Assembly: GCF_009914755.1 (NCBI RefSeq)
Contig: NC_060925.1
Direction: 5' to 3' (one strand)
Length of the DNA: 64,000 nucleotides
Origin: the human T2T-CHM13v2.0 reference genome, Homo sapiens
In this document: positions 1-11,508 of the stretch, one piece after another
How positions within the stretch are numbered: the stretch's first letter is position 1
How the letters are laid out: every line of letters begins with the position of its first letter
Program-made: the position numbers and the translations under genes
Notes under the pieces: generated by a model
Databases searched by the model: none
What the model was told of the DNA's origin: nothing
The model's input: the letters and a program-made list of their open reading frames with translations, nothing else

Positions 1-480
1 GTGGTTCTAACCTAATTGAAGTGGGTTGAAGAGTATAATGAACCCAGTGAATGCAATGCAAATCATTTGCAAAGCTTCACTATTAAGAGCAGTGAATACA
101 CATATAGGCTAGAAAAGTAATTGGGTCAAGGAAGATGTTTTTCCTTTTGTTTTCTTTTGTTCAATAGAGGAAATAAGAGAATGTGCTTGTGTGTTGATAG
201 AAATTATCTAACAGAGATAGAAATATTGAGAATGAAGGAGAGAAAACAGGTTAAAGAAGGAGGAAAGTCCTTCATAATGGAGGACAAGGATCCCATGGCG
301 CAAAAGGAAGCCTTTGATGAGAGTAGAGAACTTCTCTGGGAATAAAGGAAGACATGCAGGAGATATGAGCAAATGTGGAAGCTGGTAGGTGAGTTGGTGG
401 AGATTCCCCTTTGGGCTTTATTTTCTTACTGATGACATAGGTGTAAGGGCTCCAAATGGAGTGGGAGAGTCAGTTGGTAG
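1..480 (-). mobile_element. L2 LINE fragment (ancient)
   Basis: Purine-rich degenerate tract resembling the reverse complement of L2 ORF2 (ttgggtcaaggaagatgttttt...ggatcccatggcgcaaaagg...gagttggtggagattcccc). Confidence 0.55.
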
Positions 481-3400
481 GAAAAAGTTTCAGAAGTGCA
501 CCACCAAAAAATATGGTGAAAAATTTCTTTCAGAGAGACAACTTGACCTCGGCAAAAAAGGGGGATACTAGAGGAAGCAAGGTAGAAATCTGCCTCTTGT
601 CATGAAATGGATTTGGAAGTTCACTTTGATAGGTATGATGATTATTAACTATTTTTAAACAATGCTTTTGTTACTGTCAAATAGAATGTTTTGATTGCTA
701 TAATTATGAGAGTGTTTCTTTTGTGCTGATACTACAGGAGTTATTATATGGGCTGTTTGAAATTCACTGTGCAGTAAGGATTTAAATGTTCAATGTATTT
801 TAATAATTGTTAAGAAGTAGACTTAAAATTTTATAAAATGATATAATCTCTTTGTAGCCCTAAATGAGCATTTGTCCTTAAGTGTTGACATCAATTAATA
901 TCTCAGAGCTCTATCTAAATGGAAAACACTGGATAGAGAATAATTATACTCTCCCAAAAGCTATTCTATTAAAGTTTAGGAGAGAAGGAAAAGCAGAGAC
1001 CATTTTTAAAGAGAAACTAGCTGAAAATTTTCCAGAAGTAATTGTTTTATACCCACTTCCCCCTAAAAAAGCAAGATGGATTTCCACCCAAAGTTCAGTT
1101 CAGATGTGGAGTCTGGTGACATGTAATGCACCTAGAGAGTTTATGAGAAAACGTATTTATTCATACAAAGGACTCATGGGAATAGATGAGTGAGAGCAAA
1201 CAATTGGCTGAGGCAAAACCAAGGTGAGTACATTTACTCCATTAGAATGGCTAGGGGTTGTAACTAGACAACAACTTTCACACATGAGAAACTTAAATTT
1301 TCTGCCAGTACTAAAGGAAGAGGCAAACTTACAGCCTTCTTACTAGCCTGCCCAGATGTATAAATAAAAGGCAGGGTGAGGCTTAAAAAGAATTCCAGAG
1401 GTCCAGTGCAAGATGGCCAAATAGAAGGCTCAACAATCTTCCCCCAAACCCACAAGGAAGCCAATTTAACAGCTGTGTGCACACACAAAGCACCTTTATA
1501 AGAAGCAAAAATCAGGTGAGCACTCACAGTGCCTGGTTTTAACTTCATATCACTGAAAGAGGCATTGAAGAAGGTACAAAAGACAGTCTTGAATAGTCAA
1601 TGCAACCCATTCCCCAGCACCAAGCAACAGCCACATGACATGGAGAGAGAATCTGTGCACTTAGGATAGGGAGAGTTCAGCAATTGTGAGACATTGCATA
1701 AAATTCAGTGCTGCTCCATTGCAGAAAAAAACAAAACAAGGCAAAATTCAGCTGATGCTCACTAACATTAAACCAGCCCTAGCCAGAGGGAAATTACCCA
1801 TCTTACCAGTCAGAACTTGAGTTCCGGCAAGCATCACCAATGTGGGCTAAAGTGCCCTGGGCCTGCACATAAACTTGAAAGGAAGTCTAGGCTATAAGGA
1901 CAGCAGTCCAGGCTACAAGGACGGCAACTACTAGGCAAGTCCTAATGCTCAACTAGGCTCAGAGACAATGGACATGGAAGGCACACAACCTACTGAGACA
2001 CCAGCCATGTTGGCTAAGGAAGTGCTTGCGGCCACCCTTCCTCCAACCCTAGGTTACACAGCTCATAGTCCCAAAACAGACCCATTCCTTTCACTTGAGA
2101 AGAGGAGAGGGAGGAGTAGAGAGGACTTTGTCTTGCATCTTGGATACCAGCTGAGGCACAGGAAGACAAGACACCACTCAGAATCATGAGACCCCTATTA
2201 CAAGCCCTAGCTCCATGAAAAAAATTATAGATACACCTAGGGCCAGAAGGAAACATACTGCCTTGAAGGGAAAAATCCAGTCCTGACAAGATTCATCAAC
2301 TGCTTACTAAAGAGACCTTGGGCCTTGAATACTACCCTACCTGGGTATGTATGGACCTTAAGTGAGGCTCAAAGACTTGGTGGCCTCAGGTGAGACTCAG
2401 CACATTCCCAGCTTGGGTACCTATGGGAAGAAGTTCCTTCTGCTTGAGAGAAGCAGAGGGAAAAGTAAAGGGAACTTTGTCTTGCACCTTAGGTATCAGC
2501 TTAGCCACGGAGGAGTTAATCATCAAGTGGGCTCTTGAGGACCTCGATTCCAGGCCTTGCCCCATGTACAGCATTTCTGGACTAGCTCTGGTCCGCAGGG
2601 GAGCCTACTGCCCTGAAGTGTGAGTCCTAGGTCAGGCAGCATTCACCACTACTGAATGAAGATCTCTTGGGCCTGAAGAGAACATCTGCAGTAGCCTGGG
2701 AGTACTCCTCATATGCCTGTGATGGTGGTGTTCATGGGGTGAGGCTCCTCTGACTATGAAAATGAGAGGGAAGAGGAGGAATGACTCTGTCTCATGGTTT
2801 CAGTGCCAGCTCAGCCACAGTACGATTGAACACAAGGTAGACTTCTAAGTTTTTTTCTCTAGTCCCTGCCTCCCAAGTGGCACCTCTGGACCCACCCAAC
2901 GCCTGAGAGAACTCGCCACCCTGAAGGGAAGGACACAAGTGTGGCTGACTTTGCCACCCACTAATTGTAGAGCCCCAGGGCTTTGAGAAAACATAAATGG
3001 TAACCAGGTAGGGGTTAAAGTGAGCACTGGGTGGCAGCAAGTGCTTTGCTGGCTTCAGATCTGATCCATCACACTTCCAGTGGTGTTGGCCACAGGGGTG
3101 TGTTTGTCATCCCACCCCCACCTCCAGGAGACTCAGAACAGAGAGAGACTTCAATTGTTTGGGACAGGATAAGAGAAGAGAACATGATTCTCTGCATAAT
3201 AATTGAGATAATTCTTCTAAATCTTATCAAAAACAGTAAAGGTATACTTCTAGGATTCTACAAAAACCACAGTGTTACCAGGCTTGGGGTGCTCCCTAAT
3301 GCAGATATGGCTTAGACTACATCACTTAAATTATTTTGAATACCTGAAAAGCCTTCCCAAGAAGGAGGGGTATAAAAAAGCCCAGATGGCAAAGACTACA

Positions 3401-4530
3401 ATAAATACCTAACTCTTCAATGCCTGGTCACAGATGAACATCCATGAGCATCAGGACCATCCAGGAAAGTATGACCTCATCAAATAAGGCACCAGAGACC
3501 AACCCTGGACAAACCAAAATTGGTGACCTTTCAGACACAGAATTAAAAATAGCTATTTTGAGGAAACACAAAGAAACTCAAGATAACACAGAGAAGGAAT
3601 TCGGAATTTGATCAGATAAATTCAACAAAGACATGGAAATTATTAAAAAGAATCAAGCATAAATTCTGGCTTTGAAAAGTAATTGATATATTGAAGCACG
3701 CATTAGAGATTTTAATAGCAGAACTGATCAAGCAAAATAAGGAATTAGTGAGCTTGAAGACAGACTATTTGAAAATGCACAGTCCAAGGAGACAAAAGAA
3801 AAAAGAATAAAAAACAATGAAGCACCCCTACGGGATCTAGAAAACAGCTCTAAAAGGACAAATCCAAGAGTTATTGGCCTTAAAGAGGAGGTAGAGAAAG
3901 AGATAAGGGTAGAAAGTTTCTTCAAAGGGATAGTAACACAGAAATTCCCCAAACTCAGAGAAACATATCAATATCCAAGTACAAGAAGGCTATAGAACGA
4001 TGAGTAGATTTAACCCAAGGAAGACTACTAGATGAGGTTTAATAATCAAACTCTCAAAGGTCAAGGATAAAGAAAGGATCCTAAAATCAGCAAGAGAAAA
4101 GAAACAAATAACATAAAATTTAGCTCCAATATGACTAAGGTCAGACTTTTCAGGGGAAATCTTAAAGGCCAGGGGAGAGTGGCATGACATATTTAAAGCA
4201 AAGAAAAAAAAATACCATAAAGTAGCAAAGCCAGTGAAAATATTCTTCAAACATGAAGAAGAAATAGTTTCCCAGAGCAAAAAAAAAAAAAAAAAGCTGA
4301 GGGATTTCATCAACATCAGACCTGTCCTACAAGAAATACTAGAGTATCCAGTCAGAAAATAAAAGTATGTTAGTAAGGAATAAGAAGTCATCCAAAGGTA
4401 CAAAACTCACTGGTAATAGTAAGTACACAGAATAAAACACAATACAAAAACACTGTAACTGTGGAGTATAAACTATTCTTAAGTAGAAAGACTAAAAGAT
4501 GAACCAAACAAAAGTTTTACTATTTATGAC

Positions 4531-4602
4531 TTTTTTTGTGTATTCATTGTATATTTTTGGATTCGAGGTTACCATGAGGTTTGCAAATACTATCTTAACA
4601 CC

Positions 4603-4642
<40 letters not shown>

Positions 4643-4713
4643 GGAGATTTGGAGAAAATTAAAATTAATGTGTGTGCGTGTGTGTGTGTGTTTATATTCC
4701 AGGGTATTGTGCA
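4531..4713 (-). repeat. Inverted duplicate of 5222-5373, containing (ATT)n and (TG)n tracts
   Basis: Reverse complement aligns to tgcacattaccctggaacttaaa...ttttctccaaat...aataatgggt...caatgaatacataaaaaa. Confidence 0.9.
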
Positions 4714-4891
4714 CGTTAACTATTTAACCTATTCAAGACATAGACAGTACAGTAAGGTATGAATAGAAATGACCAAAAGTTAAACAGTGGCAGGATGACG
4801 TTGAGACATAGAGTTTTTATTAGTTTTTCTTTTTTTGCTTGTTTGATTGTTTATGCAAAAGAGTGTTATTATCAGCTTAAAATAATGGGTA

Positions 4892-5295
4892 GTATGGAAT
4901 ACTATGCAGTCACAAAAAGGAAGGAGATCATGTCCTTTGCAAGACCATGGATGAAGCTGGAAGCCACTATCCTCAGCAAACTAACACAGGAATGGAAAAC
5001 CAAACAACACATGGTCTCACTTATAAGTGGGAACTGAACGATGAAAACACGTGGACACGGGGAGGTGAACAACACTGGGGCCTGTGAGGTGGGGAGTGGC
5101 GGGAGGGAGAGCATCAGGAAAAATAGGTAATGCATACTGGGCTTAATACCTAGGTGTTGGGTTGATAGGTGCAGCAAACCACCGTGGCACACACTTACCC
5201 ATGTAACAAATCTGCAAATCCTGCACATTACCCTGGAACTTAAAACACAGACACATATTAACTTTAATTTTCTCCAAATATTCAAAAATAATAAT
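4892..5295 (+). mobile_element. 5'-truncated L1PA (L1PA12/13-like) 3' end
   Basis: atggaatactatgcag...gagagcatcaggaaaaata...gggcttaatacctagg...ggaacttaaaa; TSD aataatgggta at 4881-4891 and 5296-5306. Confidence 0.92.
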
Positions 5296-6246
5296 AATAA
5301 TGGGTATTATGATAGTATCTACAAGCCTCATGATAACCTCAAATCCAAAACTATGCAATGAATACATAAAAAATAAAAAGCAAGAAATTAAAGCATGCAA
5401 AGAAAGTCACATTTAATAAAAATAAGACAGGAAGGAAAAAAGAAAGAAGATAAGACCACTAAACAACCAGAAAACAAACATCTCTGGCCACAATGGAATA
5501 AAACTGCAAATCAATAACAAGAATAATTTTGGAAACTACATGGACACATGGAAATTAAACAACATGCTCCTGAATAACTAGTGGGTCAATAAAGAAATTA
5601 ATAAGGAAACTGAAAAAATTTATTGAAACAAATGATAATGGAAACACAACATACCAAAACCTAGGGGACACTGTAAAAGCATTACAAAGAGGGACGTTAT
5701 AGCTATAAGTGACTACAGCTGAAAAGAAGAAAAACTTTAAACAACCTAATGTTGCATCTTAAAGAATTAGAAAAATGAGAGGAATCAAAACAGAAAATTA
5801 GTAGGAGAAAAGAAACAATCAAGATCAGAGCAGATATAAATGAATTAGAAATGAAGAAAACAATACAAAAGATTAAAAAAATGTGTTTTGAAAAGAAAAT
5901 AATATTTACAAACCTATAGCCAGACTAATTAAGAAAAAATGGGAGAAGATCCATATAAATAAAATCTCCCAGCAAAGAAAAGCCTCAGACACATGCCTTC
6001 ATTGCTGAATTCTACCAAACATTTAAAGAAGAACTAAAACCAGTCCTACTCACACTGTTCAAAAAAAAATGGAGGAGGAGGGTATACTTCCAAACTCATT
6101 TTACAAGGCCAGCATTACCCTGATACCAAAAACACACAGACACATCAAAAAAAAAAAAGAAAGAAAGAAAAAAGAAAGAAAGAAAAAAAAAGAAAACCAC
6201 AGGCCGATATCTCTGATCAGTGTTGATGTAAAAATACTAGCAAACC

Positions 6247-6555
<309 letters not shown>

Positions 6556-9031
6556 TCAGCAACACATTTAAAAGATCAGTTGTCAGGAACAAGTTTGATT
6601 TATCCTAGGGATTCAAGGAATGTACAACATATACAAATAAAGTAATGTGATACATTATAACAACCGAAAGGATAAAAAACATATGATCATTTCAATTGAT
6701 GTTGAAAAAGCATTTAATAAAATTCAACATTCCTTTATGATAGAACCCTCAATAAACTGGCTATAGAAGGAAGTTACCTCAACATAATAAAAGCCATGTA
6801 TGCCATACTCATAGCTAGTATCATACTGACTGAGGAAAAAACTGAAAAACTTTCCTCAAGATCAGGATCACAAGAATGCCCACTTTCTCACTGTTATTCA
6901 GAATAGTACTGGAAATTCTAGTTAGAGTGTTCAGACAAGAGAAAGAAGTAAAGAGCATCCAAATTGGAAAGAAAGAAGTCAAAGTATCCTTGTTTGCAAA
7001 AGGGATAATTTTATATTTGGAAAAACCTTAAGACCCCACCAATAAAACTATTAGAATTGAAAAATTCAGTAAAGTTGCAGGATTCAAAATCAACATACAA
7101 AAATCGGTAGCATTTCTACATGCCAATAGCGAACAAATCTGAAAAAGAAATCCAGAAAGTAATCTCCTTTACAATAGCTACAATAAAATAAAATACCTGG
7201 GAATTTACCTAACCAAAGAAGAGTGAATGATCTCTACAATGAAAACTGTATAACATTGATGCAAGAAATTGAAGAAAACATAACAAAATGAAAAGATATT
7301 CCATGTTCATGAATTGGAAGAACAAATATTGTTAAAATGTTCATACTATCCTAAACAATCTACAAGTTGAAAGAAATGCCTATTAAATGCCAACGACATT
7401 CTTCACAGAAATAGAAAAAAAATAGTCCTAACATGAATATAGAACCACAAAAGACCCAGAATATCCAAAACTACCCTAAGCAAAAAGAAGGATCACATTA
7501 CCTACCTTCAAATTATACTACAGAGCTATAGTAACCAAAACACCATGGTACTGGCATAGAGACAAATAAACCAATGGAATAGAATAGAGAATCCAAAAAC
7601 AAATTCAAACACCTACAGTAAACTCATTTTTGACACAGGTATCAAGAATACACATTGGGGAAAGAATGGTATCTTCAATAAATGGTGCTGGGAGAACTGG
7701 ATATCCACATGCTGATGAATGAAACAAGACCCCTGTCTGTCACCATATGCAGTAGTCAAATAAAAATGGATTGAAGACTTAAATCTAGGGCTGAAAACTA
7801 TGAAACTGCTACAAGAAAACTTGGGGTAAGTCTCCAGGACATTGGACTGGGCAAAGATTTCTTTAATAATACCACACAAGGACACGCAACTAAAGCAAAA
7901 CCGGACAAATAGAATAACATCAAGTGAAAAAGCTTCTGCAAAGCAAAGGACACAATCAAGAAAGTGAAGAAACAACCCACAGAATGGGAGAAAATATTTG
8001 AAAATTACCCATCTGACAAGGGACAAAAAACCAGAATATATAAGGAGCTCAAACAACTCTATGGGAAAAATATCTAATAATCTGATTTAAAACTGGACAG
8101 AACATCTTAACCGGTATTTCTCAGAAGAAGAGATACAAATGGCAAACAGACATATGAAAAGGTGCTTAACATAATTGACCATCAGCGAAATGCAAATCAA
8201 AACTGCAATAAGATATCATCACATTCCAGTTAAACTGGCATTTATACAAAATTCAAGCAATAACAAATGTTGGAGAGGATGTAGAGAAAAGGAAATTCTT
8301 GTATACTGTTGGTGGGAATGTAAATTAGTACAACCACTATGAAGAATAGTTTAGAGTTTCCTCACAAGACTAAAAATAGACCTACCACATGATTCAGTAA
8401 TTCCACTACTAGGCATATAACCCCCCAAAAAGGAAAACGGTATATCAAAGAGATGTCTGCACTCCCATGCTTGTTGCAGCAGTGTTCAAATAGCCAGGAT
8501 TTGGAAGCGACCTAACTGTCCATCAACAGATAAATAGATAAAGAAACTATAGTGCTTATACACAATGGAGTACTATTCAGTGATAAAAAATTATGAAATC
8601 CTGTCTTTTTCAATGACATGGACAAAATTAGAGGTTTTATTTTAAGTGAAATAAGCCAGGCACAGCAGGACAAACATCACATGATCACATGTTCTCACTC
8701 ATTTGTGGGATCAGAAAATCAAAACAGTTGAACTCACAGAGACAGAGAATAGGGTGGTTATCAAAGACTGAGAATGGTGGTGCAGGCGGCAGCAGGGAAG
8801 TGGAGACTGCTAATGTGTACGAAAACATACTTAGAAAGAATGAAGAAGACCTATTATTTTATAGCACAACATGGTGACTATAGTCAAAACCAATTTGATT
8901 ATTCATTTTAAAATCACTAAAATATTTTAATTGGGTTGTTTGTAGCATGAAGGATAAACGTTTGATGTGATAGATATCCCATTGGCCCTGATGCAATTAT
9001 TATGCATTTTATGCCTGTATCAAAATATACT

Positions 9032-9155
9032 GGCGGGGCACGGTGGCTCACGCCTGTAATCACAGCACTTTGGGAGGCTGAAGTGGGCAGATCACCTGAA
9101 GTTGGGAGTCTAGACCAGCCTGACCAACATGGAGAAACCCATCTCTACTAAAAAT
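9032..9155 (+). mobile_element. AluSp-like left monomer, split by an L1
   Basis: ctgaccaacatggagaaaccc diagnostic; ends in the linker tactaaaaat. Confidence 0.92.
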
Positions 9156-10305
9156 CAGGAAACAACAGGTGCTGGAGAGGATGTGGAGAAATAGGAACAC
9201 TTTTACACTGTTGGTAGGACTACAAACTAGTTCAACCATTGTGGAAGACAGTGTGGTGATTCCCCAAGGATCTAGAACTAGAAACACCATTTGACCCATT
9301 ATTGGCTATATACCCAAAGGATTATAAATCATGCTGCTATAAAGACACATGCACACGTATGTTTATAGCGGCACTATTCACAATAGCAAAGACTTGGAAC
9401 CAGCCCAAATGTCCAACAATGATAGACTGGATTAAGAAAATGTGATTAAGAAAATGTGGCACATATACACCATGGAATACTATGCAGCCATAAAAAATGA
9501 TGAGTTCATATCCTTTGTAGGGACATGGATGAAATTGGAAACCATCATTCTCAGTAAACTATCGCAAGAACAAAAAACCAAACACCGCATATTCTCACTC
9601 ATAGGTGGGAATTGAACAATGAGATCACATGGACACAGGAAGGGGAATATCACACTCTGGGGACTGTGGTGGGGTCGGGGGAGGGGGGAGGGATAGCATT
9701 GGGAGATATACCTAATGCTAGATGACACATTAGTGGGTGCAGCGCACCAGCATGGCACATGTATACATATGTAACTAACCTGCACAATGTGCACATGTAC
9801 CCTAAAACTTAGAGTATAATAAAAAAAATTAAAAAAAAAAATAGAATATACTATGCATCAATAAAAAACAAACTATTGATACGTGAAAAAAAAATAAAAT
9901 AAAATAAAACTGTAAAAAAAAAAAAAAAAAAAGAAAATGTGGCACATATACACCACGGAATACTATGCAGTCATAAAAAAGATGAGTTCATGTCCTTTGT
10001 AGGGACATGGATGAAGCTGGAAACCATCATTCTCAGCAAACTATCGCAAGGACAAAAAACCAAACACCGCATGTTATCACTCATAAGTGGGAATTGAATA
10101 ATGAGAACACTTGGACACAGGAAGGGAACATCACACACCGGGGCCTGTCATGGGGTGGGGGGAGTGGAGAGGGATAGCATTAGGAGAAATACCGAATGTA
10201 AATGACAAGTTAATCAGTGCAGCACACCAACATGACGCGTGTATACATATGTAACAAACCTGCACGTTGTGCACATGTACCCTAGAACTTAAAGTATAAT
10301 AATAA
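9156..10305 (+). mobile_element. 5'-truncated L1PA (L1PA4/5-like) inserted in the Alu linker and interrupted by L1HS
   Basis: caggaaacaacaggtgctggagagg...; 3' end gaacacttggacac, aatgtaaatgac, ccctagaacttaaag. Confidence 0.93.
9445..9930 (+). mobile_element. L1HS-Ta 3' fragment with poly(A) and 3' transduction
   Basis: Ta diagnostics ACA at 9727-9729 (gatgacACAttag) and G at 9812 (aaacttaGagtat), 85 bp apart; TSD aagaaaatgtg at 9434-9444 and 9931-9941. Confidence 0.96.
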
Positions 10306-10440
10306 AAAAATATATAAAATTAGCTGGGCATGGTGGCACATGTCTGTAATCCCAGCCACTCAGGAGGCTGAGGCAAGAGAATCGCTTGAACCCAGGAGGC
10401 GAAGGTTGTAGAGAGCTGAGATCACGCCATTGCACTCCAG
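10306..10440 (+). mobile_element. AluSp-like right monomer, 3'-truncated
   Basis: aaaattagctgggcatggtggc...gccattgcactccag, then an abrupt end with no tail. Confidence 0.92.
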
Positions 10441-10714
10441 ATATATAGATAGATAGATAGATATACGATATCTATATATATATGGATATATACATACGTA
10501 TCTATATATATATGTATATGTGTGTATATATATACATATATATATACATATATATATCTATATATATGTATATATACGTATATATACATATATATGTATA
10601 TATGTATATATACGTATATATGTATATATACGTATATATGTATATATACGTATATATACGTATCTATATCTATATATATATAGATACGTATCTATATATA
10701 GATATGTATAGATA
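10441..10714. repeat. Compound TA-rich micro/minisatellite
   Basis: (TAGA)n, (TA)n and repeated tatatacgtatatatgta units. Confidence 0.97.
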
Positions 10715-11508
10715 TGAGGGGAGCTATATTCTACAAAGCCACAGGTGCAGAGCTGCCCAAGGCTGTAGGAGCCCACCTCTTGCATTGGCATGACTTGGAT
10801 GTGAGACATGGAGTCAAAAGAGATCATTTTGGAACTTCCAAGTTTAATGACTGCCCTGTTGAATTTTGGACGTTCATGGGGCCTGTAGCCCCTTTGTTTT
10901 GGCCAATTTCTCCCATTTGGAATGCGTATATTTACCCAATGGCTGTACCCCCATTGTATCAGGGAAGTAATTAACTTGCTTTTGATTTTACAAGCTCAGA
11001 GGCAGAAGAGATTTGCCTTGCCTCAGACGAGACTTTAGACTTGGACTTTTGAGTTAATGCTGAAATATGTTAAGACTTTAGGGGACTGTTGTTGGGAAGG
11101 CATGATGAATTTTGAAATGTGAGGACATGAGATTTAGGAGGGGCCAGGGATGGAATGATGTGGTTTGTTTGCATCCCTACCCAAATTTCAACTTGAATTG
11201 TGATATCCCCACATGTCAAGGGTGGGGCCAGGTGGAGATAATTGAATCACAAAGCAGTTTCCCCCATACTGTTCTCATGGTAGTGAATAAGTCTCAGGAG
11301 ATCTGATGGTTTTATAAATGGGAGTCCCCCTGCATGAGCTCTCTTTTGCCTACTGCCATGTAAAATGTAACTTGCTCCTTATTCGCTTAGACCATGATTG
11401 TGAGGCCTCCTTAGCCATGTAGAACTGTGAGTCAATTAAACCTCTTTACTTTTTAATTACCCAGTCTTGAGTATGTCTTTATTAGCAGCATGAGAATAGA
11501 CTAATACA
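10715..11508 (+). mobile_element. THE1 (THE1C-like) MaLR: 3' part of the internal region plus the 3' LTR (11156-11508)
   Basis: caaagccacagg.gcagagctgcccaag internal motif; polypurine tract aggaggggccaggg; LTR tgatgtggtttg...gactaataca. Confidence 0.93.

Noticed and set aside
1025-1230. Possible exon (ttttccag acceptor, AG/GTGAGT donor) overlapping ORF 882-1193
   Set aside because: Isolated splice-like motifs are common; no recognisable protein or partner exons
9445-10305. Tandem duplication or misassembly of one L1 3' end
   Set aside because: The two copies carry different subfamily diagnostics (Ta ACA/G versus older states), and the first is bounded by a TSD
10482-10827. Tyr/Ile-rich ORFs (also 14563-14916)
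   Set aside because: Translations of TA-rich repeats
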